Assembly: GCA_002293825.1 (NCBI GenBank)
Contig: DBDW01000002.1
Span: forward strand, 18,059-82,058
From: Candidatus Magasanikbacteria bacterium UBA922
GTDB lineage: Bacteria > Patescibacteriota > Patescibacteriia > Magasanikbacterales > UBA922
Direction: 5' to 3'
DNA length: 64,000 nucleotides
The notes under the pieces are model-generated. The model did not search any database and had not been told where the DNA came from. It saw only the letters and a list, made by a program, of their open reading frames with translations. A program made the translations under genes and the position numbers. Below, one piece after another: positions 41,213 to 50,505 of this stretch (the stretch's first letter is position 1; every line of letters begins with the position of its first letter).

Positions 41213-42271
41213 TTACTGCAACCATTGTCGCAATTCCTTCCAGGAAATTTTTCGCATCGCACGAACCTCTTTTCTTCGTTTTCGGTATAGTGACCTATTG
41301 CGCCACAGGACAGAAAATCCCGTAAGAACAGTGCGATCAAAAAGTGTAAAATAAGCCAATTTCTTTAACTCATACCATATAATCCACGGAAAATCAAGTA
41401 TGAAATTTTGCCAATACTCATTCTTATATATGGTAGCAAGATGATTTTTGTAACTATGAAATCGCACCCATTCAGACTGTTTCTTCTTATTCTGAACTGA
41501 AAAACGATCCCCCGCAAACTCGAACCCAGTAGCAGTACGATCATGATACGCAACTGAATTCAAAAGTACGTATGAATTGAATCCTGCAATCCGCAATCGG
41601 TACGCCAGATCAACATCTTCTTTATACGACTGGTATGATCCATCAAAAAATGTATTATCCGAAAATTGAACAGTTTCAAGTGCACTCCGTCGATACATAG
41701 GAAGTGCCCCTGATACACCAAAAACCTCTACAGCAGTATCCTGCACACGAAACGATAGCCCTACTTTCTTTTTTTTTTCTTCCCATATGTACCCAGCATA
41801 TTTATCAACCACGCGCCTATTGCGAAACACACGAAGACCAAGTGCGTCGACCATATCAGTAAAACTCGCTTCAAGTCCATACTCAATATCTGCAAAATTC
41901 CATCGCATCAATCGCGGACTTACCGAACCAACTTTCTCATGAGTATCCAAAAATTTAACCATTGTCTCAATACTATCAGGCATAAGATACATATCCTGAT
42001 TCAACAAGAGAACATACGGAGATCGTTCGATGTTATAGACCTCATTATGACCGCCAACAAATCCCACATTTTGTTCATTTTTCACAAGCGTATGAGTAAA
42101 TGATACACTCATCAGCTCCTTTTCGATCGCATCAGGAGTCCCATCAGTAGATCCATTATCAAATACATACAAATGAACATCTTGATACGTCTGTTTTCGA
42201 AGCGACTCAAAAAGATACGGAATATACTTTTTTCCGTTCCATGTCACAAGTTGTATAACTACGTTTGACAC
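41213..42271 (-). CDS. glycosyltransferase family 2
   Basis: LYVFDNGSTDGT…NVGFVGGHN. Contains a T10 homopolymer at 41769-41778 that encodes a Lys run. Confidence 0.65.
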   Translation of the reverse strand: MSNVVIQLVTWNGKKYIPYLFESLRKQTYQDVHLYVFDNGSTDGTPDAIEKELMSVSFTHTLVKNEQNVGFVGGHNEVYNIERSPYVLLLNQDMYLMPDSIETMVKFLDTHEKVGSVSPRLMRWNFADIEYGLEASFTDMVDALGLRVFRNRRVVDKYAGYIWEEKKKKVGLSFRVQDTAVEVFGVSGALPMYRRSALETVQFSDNTFFDGSYQSYKEDVDLAYRLRIAGFNSYVLLNSVAYHDRTATGFEFAGDRFSVQNKKKQSEWVRFHSYKNHLATIYKNEYWQNFILDFPWIIWYELKKLAYFTLFDRTVLTGFSVLWRNRSLYRKRRKEVRAMRKISWKELRQWLQ

Positions 42272-42288
42272 AATAATAATTAAAATTT

Positions 42289-43158
42289 CTAATTTCTAAT
42301 TTCTAATTTTGCATGTATCCTCTCCCCCGTCCACACAAGTCCAATTCCCACTGGTCGAAATAATGCAATCCATATCCATTTCCACCATGGTTCCCATTTC
42401 TTGAAGTAAATCAGCATGGACCCAGTAAACTGTCTCTGTTTCCATACTGTCGTACGTTTCTTGAAGCTCTGTCCGACATAATCAATCGCAGTAATAATAG
42501 GGGTATGCACTACTCGATACCCAAGTCGTTTCGCCTCGCGACAAATATCAACATCTTCATACCAAATAAAATACCGAGGATCCCACGCCCATCCCAGTTT
42601 TTCCACAAAATCTCTTCGCATAAGCATAAAAGAGCCTCGTACCGAATCTACGTCTTGCTCTATATCAAAATTAAACCCTTTCAGATGATACCGATCAAGT
42701 ATATGTGGAAACAAATGTGGTAGTTTGAGAATCAATGCAACCTGTTCCCACACTCTCGGGAATCTTCGTGGCGAAGCATTTTCATTGATAAAACCGTGTT
42801 CATCAACCAATTTTGGACTTGCAATTCCTACGTTTGAATTTCGATTCATCCAGTCGACCATGATATCAAGAGACCGAGGAGAAAGCTGCATATCCGGATT
42901 GAGAAATAGCAGATACTCCCCTTCCGAAATTGCAACCGCCTGATTATTGGCAGCACCAAATCCTTTATTTTCGATATTTGCAATTATGCGGACATCCGGA
43001 AACATCTCTCGAATAGCTTCGACCGTACCATCACTCGACGCATTGTCGACAATGATCTGCTCAATACGAATATCCTGTGCAGCATACCTAACTGACTCTA
43101 TCTGTTTCAAAATAAATTCTTTGCTGTTCCAGGTTACGGTGATGACCGATACATGCAT
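42289..43158 (-). CDS. glycosyltransferase family 2
   Basis: SVITVTWNS…VDNASSDGT…NKGFGAANN. Start trimmed to the internal MHVSV ATG. Confidence 0.65.
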   Translation of the reverse strand: MHVSVITVTWNSKEFILKQIESVRYAAQDIRIEQIIVDNASSDGTVEAIREMFPDVRIIANIENKGFGAANNQAVAISEGEYLLFLNPDMQLSPRSLDIMVDWMNRNSNVGIASPKLVDEHGFINENASPRRFPRVWEQVALILKLPHLFPHILDRYHLKGFNFDIEQDVDSVRGSFMLMRRDFVEKLGWAWDPRYFIWYEDVDICREAKRLGYRVVHTPIITAIDYVGQSFKKRTTVWKQRQFTGSMLIYFKKWEPWWKWIWIALFRPVGIGLVWTGERIHAKLEIRN

Positions 43159-43171
43159 ACGATCTTTCTCA

Positions 43172-44236
43172 TTACTTACCCATTTCCTTCTTAAAATAAT
43201 CAACAAACGGAATAGCGGTCGGATCAATCTTTTTGAGAAGCGCCGAATAATAGCTCACATAGCTGAAAAATACGAGACATTCGATCGCCTGGAACAACAC
43301 ATCGTTCTCTTTCGGAACAAATGTTTTATGCATAATTGAATTTTTCTGCAACACTTTCTTCGTTATGGCATATCGCTTTTGCGCGCGATCATGATACAAA
43401 CCTGATTCAATCATGACAAACAATACATTTTTAACATTCGATTTCGGGTAGAGCATTCCTTCCATAAGATGATGATTGAGTTCAGGTAGTGCAAAATACC
43501 CACCAAATCGCTTACCATTTTCATTCATTTGATTAGCAGCAACATGTGCATTCCCAAGCAAATGTTCACTTGCAACATACCAAACACTTCGATCAATTGT
43601 TTTTCGTGCCAATTGTTTTGCTGGATTTTCCAATTCAGGAGTCATAACTCCATACATCGTGTCATAGAGCGCGATCGCCTTAATTATTTCTTTAATCTGT
43701 TTTGATGAAATCTTGAATACACCGAGTTTTGAAAACAATATCAATTGTCCGACGATAGAATACCCGAGTCCCATCCGAGGCGATCCACAGGGATTATTCT
43801 CAGTGGTAAAAATCAATGCTGGATAGCCGTATTTCTGTGCGAATTCAGCAAGTGTGCCACCTGCACAAATGACTGCAATTTTCGCTTTCTTCTCTCGAGC
43901 TTTCTCGACGCAGGATACCACCTCTTCAGTCGTGCCCGAATAACTAGAACCAATAACCAAGGTCTTGGCATTCACATATCCTGGGAGATCGTATCCGTTC
44001 ACGATTTCAAGCGGATACTTAAGTTGTCGGTGATATAATGATTTGATGACATGCGTCCCGATCGAGGATCCGCCCATACCACACACCACGATCCGTTCAA
44101 TCTTCTTATAAGAAGATGGGGTACGCAGTTTTTCAGCGACCAAGGCGACTTCTTCAACTTGCTTGTACAACAACTGAAGACTTCCGAGCATATTATCCGA
44201 ATCATTTTTTTTGATAGTAATAAGAGAATCCAACAT
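43172..44236 (-). CDS. bifunctional phosphoglucose/phosphomannose isomerase (PGI/PMI, double-SIS)
   Basis: Two SIS motifs: IVVCGMGGSSIGTHV and VIGSSYSGTTEE. 354 aa. Confidence 0.7.
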   Translation of the reverse strand: MLDSLITIKKNDSDNMLGSLQLLYKQVEEVALVAEKLRTPSSYKKIERIVVCGMGGSSIGTHVIKSLYHRQLKYPLEIVNGYDLPGYVNAKTLVIGSSYSGTTEEVVSCVEKAREKKAKIAVICAGGTLAEFAQKYGYPALIFTTENNPCGSPRMGLGYSIVGQLILFSKLGVFKISSKQIKEIIKAIALYDTMYGVMTPELENPAKQLARKTIDRSVWYVASEHLLGNAHVAANQMNENGKRFGGYFALPELNHHLMEGMLYPKSNVKNVLFVMIESGLYHDRAQKRYAITKKVLQKNSIMHKTFVPKENDVLFQAIECLVFFSYVSYYSALLKKIDPTAIPFVDYFKKEMGK

Positions 44237-44286
44237 ACAAATAGATTAAATACATACATGAATCGTAGCAAATACCAGAGCATTTG

Positions 44287-44325
44287 TAAAACAAAAAAGC
44301 CCTTAAACTAAAGGCTTTTTTGAAA
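44287..44325. repeat. direct repeat A: terminator-like hairpin (A-run/stem/T-run) copy 1
   Basis: Sequence taaaacaaaaaagcccttaaactaaaggcttttttgaaac is nearly identical to copy B at 45141-45178 (one substitution plus A/T-run length differences). Confidence 0.7.
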
Positions 44326-44327
44326 CT

Positions 44328-44351
44328 GCCCCACCGTACGACTGGTGGGGC
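44328..44351 (-). terminator. GC-rich hairpin immediately 3' of the GC-rich NUDIX gene
   Basis: gccccacc-gtacgact-ggtggggc. Confidence 0.45.
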
Positions 44352-44388
44352 ACCTACACTGCGATAGATGTAGTAAACATCCTCGTTT

Positions 44389-45039
44389 TTACCGAGAAAG
44401 AGTACCAAACATACCACGCAGACCGAGGTACACGCACGCGGAATGCACATACCCATCATCGATCTCTCCAGCGAGGATCATGGTATGAACCTCTTCGGGT
44501 GAGAAAAACTCGGCATGCCGAATTCCCTCGTGCTCGTTGTTCTCGTGCTCCACGCGGCAGCCCGCTTTCGCGAGATAGAGCGGGATTGGACGTGGAATAT
44601 ACGAGGAATTACCGTGATAGTAACCGAGAAGATCGGGAGATGTGAGGACACATCCCAACTCCTCACTGCCTTCACGGATCGCCGTCTGATCAAGAGTTTC
44701 ACCCGGATCAGCAAGACCGCGCGGCAATTCCCACCGCCAGCGACCGAGCTCACTCAGACTGACGCGCCTCGGCGACACCCGCATCTCGGTAACCGGACGC
44801 CAGATGTGCACAAGTCCGAGATGTCCCCGATCGTCGAGAGCAGCGACTGCAGCAGCCGGAGGATTGTCGACGATCCAGAGATCGTAGAGACTCTTCCCGT
44901 CTTCCTGCGCCACTGCCCGTACAATCCGGGCAAACCCGTCTTGACTGAGCACAACATCGCTTTCCGATGAAGCAATCCACTTGGGACGAAAACCCTCTGC
45001 AAGTGCTTGTGACAAAGGAACAAAAGAATATCTACCCAT
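44389..45039 (-). CDS. NUDIX hydrolase encoded by a GC-rich (~55-60% GC) gene, likely horizontally acquired
   Basis: Nudix box ELPRGLADPGETLDQTAIREGSEELG. Arg/Ala/Gly-rich composition contrasts with neighbouring genes. Start trimmed to MGRYSF. Confidence 0.65.
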   Translation of the reverse strand: MGRYSFVPLSQALAEGFRPKWIASSESDVVLSQDGFARIVRAVAQEDGKSLYDLWIVDNPPAAAVAALDDRGHLGLVHIWRPVTEMRVSPRRVSLSELGRWRWELPRGLADPGETLDQTAIREGSEELGCVLTSPDLLGYYHGNSSYIPRPIPLYLAKAGCRVEHENNEHEGIRHAEFFSPEEVHTMILAGEIDDGYVHSACVYLGLRGMFGTLSR

Positions 45040-45140
45040 TGTAATCCCCTTTTCTTTTTTGCACACCGCGGGCAAAGAACCAAGCCTGTCTCCGAAATGT
45101 TCAGAGAGCACCTAAACCTAGCACATACATATGTTTTTGT

Positions 45141-45178
45141 CAAAACAAAAAGCCCTTACACTAAAGGCTTTTTGAACA
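45141..45178. repeat. direct repeat B: terminator-like hairpin copy 2 (functions as the rmlD terminator)
   Basis: Sequence caaaacaaaaagcccttacactaaaggctttttgaaca, 10 nt downstream of the rmlD stop. Confidence 0.7.
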
Positions 45179-45192
45179 GTCACATTGTTGAG

Positions 45193-46041
45193 TTATACCG
45201 TATTATTTTTTACTTTCGCATACTTCTCCATCGTATCTCTAAGTGCTATTTTTATGTCTCTCATCTCAATTCCTATTTCCTGAAGACGCGTAGATCGCAT
45301 AAAATTGTTTGAACGTTTTTTCTTTGCCAATCCTTGTAATACCAAATCTTCTTCGCTAATCCACTCATTATGATGACTTGGATCAACAAGTTCCGTATAC
45401 AGTGAAATAATTTCTTTATGACGAATTGTACCAGGATTGGTGCAATGAAAAATTCCCACACCTTTTTTCTGCATGAGTTGATAGCACGCACTGAGTAAAT
45501 CAGAAACCACCGTGACACTATTCTCCACATCTACAACCTTTGGATACGTAGTTATCTTATCAATCAAATTCGCAGGACAAGGACGATCATCAATGGGCAT
45601 ACGTAATCGAGCAATTCCAACATTTGGTAATGTAGAAAGCACTAAATCAGCAGCATATTTACTCTTACTGTAGACTGCCACAGGATTGCCATAGTCCGCT
45701 TCTGTCCACACCCCATCTTCATGAGGTGAGCGCCCATAAAAGATACACCCTGTTGCCAAATGAAGCAGATATATCCCTGCCTCCTGAGCAGCTTGTGCGA
45801 TTTGGATAGGTAGTACGGTATTACCAAAAATAGTTTCAAGCTGATGTGTTTCACACCAATCAACATTGGGTTTTCCAGTAACACCGGCAGCATTAAATAT
45901 GGAATCTGGACGATATTCACGTATAAGTGTTCGCACATCTTCAATGCTCTCAATACGAGTCGTAGAGAGTATTGCATCATCCCCCCACACTTCTTTCGCA
46001 CGAGAACCAATATATCCATTTCCAAGAATAAGAATCCTCAT
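45193..46041 (-). CDS. rmlD: dTDP-4-dehydrorhamnose reductase (RmlD-like short-chain epimerase/reductase)
   Basis: MRILILGNGYIGS…, an SDR/NAD-dependent epimerase fold, with rmlB adjacent. Confidence 0.7.
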   Translation of the reverse strand: MRILILGNGYIGSRAKEVWGDDAILSTTRIESIEDVRTLIREYRPDSIFNAAGVTGKPNVDWCETHQLETIFGNTVLPIQIAQAAQEAGIYLLHLATGCIFYGRSPHEDGVWTEADYGNPVAVYSKSKYAADLVLSTLPNVGIARLRMPIDDRPCPANLIDKITTYPKVVDVENSVTVVSDLLSACYQLMQKKGVGIFHCTNPGTIRHKEIISLYTELVDPSHHNEWISEEDLVLQGLAKKKRSNNFMRSTRLQEIGIEMRDIKIALRDTMEKYAKVKNNTV

Positions 46042-46050
46042 AAAAAATAA

Positions 46051-47055
46051 TTAACGAATTACATACTGTTTTTCATAATACTCTTGATACGTACCACTCC
46101 TAGAACGCTCTACCCATTCCTGATTATCGAGATACCACTGCACCATTTTTTTCAGACCTTCTTCAAACTTGATTTGTGGTTCCCATCCTAACTCATTTTT
46201 TGCTTTAGTAAAATCAATCGCATATCGACGATCGTGCCCTGGACGATCTTTCACATATTCAATATATGACTCGTCTTTGTGCATGTATTGTAATAATAAT
46301 TTTACCACATCAATATTCGCCATCTCACAATTTCCTCCAAGACAATACGTTTCTCCAATCGTCCCATTATTCACAATAAATTCAACACCACGAGAATGAT
46401 CATCCACGTGAATCCAATCACGTACATAGAGTCCGTCTCCGTACACCGGTACTTTTTTATCCTCCATCAGATTCGAAATACATAATGGTATAAACTTTTC
46501 CGGAAACATATATGGACCATAATTATTCGAACAATTCGAAATGGTCATCTGAATTCCAAACGTGTGATAATACGCACGTACCATATGATCCGAAGCAGCT
46601 TTCGATGCAGAATACGGACTTCGAGGATCATATGGCGTATGTTCCGTAAAAGGAGCATCACCAAATTTCAAAGCACCAAACACCTCGTCAGTAGAAATAT
46701 GATGAAAACGTTTTTGATATTCTTTTACTGCATCAAGAATATGTTGTGTCCCAATAACATTTGTTTTGATAAAAACATTAGGATCCATAATCGATCGATC
46801 CACATGGGTCTCTGCTGCAAAATGTACCACCACATCCACATCCTTAACTATCTCAAATACCATATCTCGATCACACACATCTCCTTTTACAAATGTATAT
46901 CGAGAATCATGCATAACATCTATAAGATTCTCCAAATTTCCAGCATACGTAAGCACATCAAAATTGACGATTGAATCGTTCGGATGCTTCAAAAGCCAAT
47001 AACGGATAAAATTTGAACCAATAAATCCAGCACCTCCGGTTACCATTAATTTCAT
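46051..47055 (-). CDS. rmlB: dTDP-glucose 4,6-dehydratase
   Basis: MKLMVTGGAGFIGSNF…HFAAETHVDRS…YSASKAASDHMVRAY is the RmlB signature. Confidence 0.9.
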   Translation of the reverse strand: MKLMVTGGAGFIGSNFIRYWLLKHPNDSIVNFDVLTYAGNLENLIDVMHDSRYTFVKGDVCDRDMVFEIVKDVDVVVHFAAETHVDRSIMDPNVFIKTNVIGTQHILDAVKEYQKRFHHISTDEVFGALKFGDAPFTEHTPYDPRSPYSASKAASDHMVRAYYHTFGIQMTISNCSNNYGPYMFPEKFIPLCISNLMEDKKVPVYGDGLYVRDWIHVDDHSRGVEFIVNNGTIGETYCLGGNCEMANIDVVKLLLQYMHKDESYIEYVKDRPGHDRRYAIDFTKAKNELGWEPQIKFEEGLKKMVQWYLDNQEWVERSRSGTYQEYYEKQYVIR

Positions 47056-47101
47056 AAATATATCGTTAACATTAAAAACTTGAAATGCTTCAAAACATTA
47101 A

Positions 47102-47671
47102 TTACACATAATACCGCACCAATGCCCATGTAGCAAGTGTTTGTCCATCCCAAATTTCGTTATTGCGGATCAAATGATCGATTTCATCTGGTCGACGAAG
47201 TAATACTTCAATAAACTCAGTATCATCGCCAGAAATATCGGTAACTTTTGATAATCCTTTTGCCAAAAATACATGTGTGGTGTCGACAAACAAACCATTG
47301 TGTGGTTCAAAAATAGAGAGATTAATCATTTCTTCTGCAATATATCCAGTCTCCTCTCGTAATTCACGAGCTGCCACGAGAGAAGGTGCCTCGAATTTCT
47401 GAATCCCTCCACCAGGAAATTCAATGCTATATTTATCTATCAAATATCGATACTGTCTTACTAACACGAGTCGTCCATCTGGCAATATCGGCACCACAAT
47501 CGACATGCCATTCGTTCTTCCATAATAATAATGCCCTTGTTTACCATCAGCAAACTCAAACACATCATGGATGTAATTCCACCACGGATTCTCATGGACA
47601 ATCTCTTCTGAAACTTTTTTCAATGGAGAGGACATACCAATATATGTATTTCTTTTAAAATAATTGTGCAA
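47102..47671 (-). CDS. NUDIX hydrolase (ADP-ribose pyrophosphatase-like)
   Basis: Nudix box FPGGGIQKFEAPSLVAARELREETGY. Confidence 0.75.
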   Translation of the reverse strand: MHNYFKRNTYIGMSSPLKKVSEEIVHENPWWNYIHDVFEFADGKQGHYYYGRTNGMSIVVPILPDGRLVLVRQYRYLIDKYSIEFPGGGIQKFEAPSLVAARELREETGYIAEEMINLSIFEPHNGLFVDTTHVFLAKGLSKVTDISGDDTEFIEVLLRRPDEIDHLIRNNEIWDGQTLATWALVRYYV

Positions 47672-48053
47672 TTTCTCTCACATCTCTCATGTTTTCTGTA
47701 CTCACGACCGAATGCATACTACCTCCCCCATCCCCTTTCCATCGAGGAAGAATATGGAAATGAAGATGTGGCACAGCCTGCCCCGCAACCTCACCATGAT
47801 TGAGCCCAATTGTAAATCCATCTGGTTTCAAAATATCCGACACCTTCATCGAAGCGTTTCGCACACCCTGCATCACCACACCCACTTCATCAGATGTAAA
47901 ATCAAAAATAGTTGCTCCATGTTTTTTTGGAATCACCACAGTGTGTCCCTCGACCTTTGGAAATATATCTAAAAATGCAATCACCTGTGAATCCTCATAC
48001 ACGGTGTAATGAAGGATCTCTCCTGCAACAATCTTACAAAAAATACAAGCCAT
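47655..48053 (-). CDS. HIT-family (histidine triad) nucleotide hydrolase/transferase
   Basis: MACIFCKIVAGEI… and the HIT motif HLHFHILPR. Its stop overlaps the downstream NUDIX start (17-nt overlap). Confidence 0.9.
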   Translation of the reverse strand: MACIFCKIVAGEILHYTVYEDSQVIAFLDIFPKVEGHTVVIPKKHGATIFDFTSDEVGVVMQGVRNASMKVSDILKPDGFTIGLNHGEVAGQAVPHLHFHILPRWKGDGGGSMHSVVSTENMRDVREIAQLF

Positions 48054-48155
48054 AGGGAAAAATTAAAGAAGGGTCGGGAAAAGGATTAATAAACGACGGC
48101 GGTCGCTATTAAACAGCATCTCAAACCGACCCATATTCAGACTACTCTATTTGCA

Positions 48156-49847
48156 TTATTTTTTCAAACTCACCTCTCTCAGCTCAAGGTTATCCCATCC
48201 AACACGAACTACACCCAGCACAAGCTCTTCACGATCTAACACTTGCTCAACAACATCTCTCTCTTCACCACCTAATTTTAGGTCATACCACCAGACAGGC
48301 ACACCGCTCTCCAATAGGTTTTTTACAGCACGAGCCCATACTTCTTCTTCGGTCCTGATTAACACCTTTCTTCCAGGAAATACATACTTGTCACCAAAAC
48401 GAGTAAGTACAACACTATGCATCGGAACGTGTGTGTAAATCTCTCGCTGCTTCTCTTGATTTTCAATCAACGTATTTCTGACCGTAGAAAGACCTTCGGG
48501 AAGAGACAAAAAAACATCACGATACGAAAAAAACAATAGTATTGAAAATAGTACAGTAGTCATCAATATTTGTTTTTTTATAGAAAAAACATGGAGTAAA
48601 CGGTCAAAACAGTATGCAAGTGGAACAATCATACCTACATAAACCGGCATAAAATAACGTGTCTGCGAGCTACCTATGGAAGGTATTCCTAGAAGATTAT
48701 CAGTAAAATTCCACGAACCATACCAGCAGACAAGATATACACTGACCGCACCATACACAAAAACATAATTACGTATCACACTCTGTCCACGTAACAAAAT
48801 AAAAATACATGAAACAACAAGTAGCGCCGACCACAAATTAAATAAAAGAACAAAGTAGTGATACACCGTCTTTAAAATCGCGAAGCTATGAAAACCAAAG
48901 GGAAAGAAAAAAGCTCGAAAAAAAGAAACTCCTTGCCCGCCATCAAATATACTTCCTGCAAAACCACTTGCTACAGGCTTTACATATCCACTCGCAAAAG
49001 GACTACCATAAAACGCATCCTGTGTAACAAAAAATAATAATGCAACGAGAAACACTGTTCCACCCCCTACCACGAATTGTCGTCGGGAAACATGTGCCCT
49101 AATGAGATAAAGTAAATATGAATATAATCCAAGCACCCACAAAAGTTCAGTAGGTCGAATCGCCAGTGCACATGCGATTCCGAACGCACTAAGAAAGGTA
49201 AAACATATTTTTTTACGACTATCGTGCGATGCATCAAACATTCGTACAATCCCGTATATACTAAGAATAAGAAAAAATATAAACGGAACCACATGTTGAA
49301 ACGGACGACCGGACCAATACCACCACGACGGTATCAAAAAAAATAAAAATGAGCTAATAAACGCCATCCGAACATTCCACACTCTTCTCACAATTCCATA
49401 TAATAAAAAATTTGAAGCAATCGCGAGGAGAGGCACAAAACTAATCACCACTATATTAAAAATACTCGCACCAAAAAACGTAACTGGCAAAAACACAAAA
49501 GCAGAAATTAATACAATAAAAAATGGAAATCCAATCGGTTCGAGACGTCCATTAATGACAGTCATGCTACGCGCATGCACCTGATCAAACGCGCGATCAT
49601 TCAAAGATTCATACCACCCAAAAGAATGATTAAATACCAATTCCTTGATAAAAAAATAATTTGCCATTTCATCTGGCTGGTTAGAAATTATAGTGTGAAA
49701 ATTACGAGTATTCAGATCTCCGAATGACTCAATTGCATGCAGATACAGATACGAACAAAAAAATAGCACGGACAGTATACCTAACACATATTTCCCTTTC
49801 ATCTTTTCGAAAACACAAGACAAAGATGTAAGAACAGACATAGTCAA
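48156..49847 (-). CDS. GT-C-fold membrane glycosyltransferase (PMT/ArnT-like, GT39/GT83 type)
   Basis: About 12 TM helices. The first extracytoplasmic loop carries a DE motif (…NQPDEMANYF…). C-terminal soluble domain present. Confidence 0.5.
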   Translation of the reverse strand: MTMSVLTSLSCVFEKMKGKYVLGILSVLFFCSYLYLHAIESFGDLNTRNFHTIISNQPDEMANYFFIKELVFNHSFGWYESLNDRAFDQVHARSMTVINGRLEPIGFPFFIVLISAFVFLPVTFFGASIFNIVVISFVPLLAIASNFLLYGIVRRVWNVRMAFISSFLFFLIPSWWYWSGRPFQHVVPFIFFLILSIYGIVRMFDASHDSRKKICFTFLSAFGIACALAIRPTELLWVLGLYSYLLYLIRAHVSRRQFVVGGGTVFLVALLFFVTQDAFYGSPFASGYVKPVASGFAGSIFDGGQGVSFFRAFFFPFGFHSFAILKTVYHYFVLLFNLWSALLVVSCIFILLRGQSVIRNYVFVYGAVSVYLVCWYGSWNFTDNLLGIPSIGSSQTRYFMPVYVGMIVPLAYCFDRLLHVFSIKKQILMTTVLFSILLFFSYRDVFLSLPEGLSTVRNTLIENQEKQREIYTHVPMHSVVLTRFGDKYVFPGRKVLIRTEEEVWARAVKNLLESGVPVWWYDLKLGGEERDVVEQVLDREELVLGVVRVGWDNLELREVSLKK

Positions 49848-49856
49848 AAAATCTGA

Positions 49857-50480
49857 TTAAAGTCCGTGTTTAAATAAGCTTAAAACTGCAAAGCCAATCG
49901 CAACTCCGAGAATTCCACTCGCAACTAACAAAAGAATTGGCACATCTAATACAAGTGCAATCATAATCGAACACATGGCAAGTACTTGTAAAAACATCTT
50001 TATTTTCCCCCACCGATTTGCCATCCGCACCGTCTTGAATTTGATTCGTGCAATCAATGCAGATACAATAAAAATTACTTCAATACCCAATGTTGCGATA
50101 CCGAGCCACGGATTTAGTTCACGAAACACAAGTAACAGTACCAATGAACCGACCAAAAATTTATCAGCCAAAGGATCAAGTAACATTCCAAATTTGGTAA
50201 TCTTATTCTGGGTACGAGCTAGCGAACCATCAAGCGCATCGGTAAATGCCGTACACAAAAAAGCAATAATGCCAATTATATAAAAGCCATTAAGTACCAA
50301 ATAAAATACAATCGGCGTAGCACCAACACGAAACATCGTAATACGATTAGGTGTTACCCACTCAGGGAAAATCCTGAGAATAGTGCGTGCAAAAAAATGG
50401 TCGTGCGGATGCACCTCTTCTGAAGGTAGATACACAAATAAATCACCATTCTGTTCTTTGAAACGTTTGATAAATCCCAT
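49857..50480 (-). CDS. CDP-alcohol phosphatidyltransferase family protein
   Basis: Motif DALDGSLAR…GMLLDPLADK = D(x)2DG(x)2AR…G(x)3D(x)3D. Start trimmed to MGFIK to avoid overlap with the divergent 50506 gene. A longer start (up to 50744) cannot be excluded. Confidence 0.65.
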   Translation of the reverse strand: MGFIKRFKEQNGDLFVYLPSEEVHPHDHFFARTILRIFPEWVTPNRITMFRVGATPIVFYLVLNGFYIIGIIAFLCTAFTDALDGSLARTQNKITKFGMLLDPLADKFLVGSLVLLLVFRELNPWLGIATLGIEVIFIVSALIARIKFKTVRMANRWGKIKMFLQVLAMCSIMIALVLDVPILLLVASGILGVAIGFAVLSLFKHGL

Positions 50481-50505
50481 AAAATTAGATAGACTGCTTA
50501 CCAGT

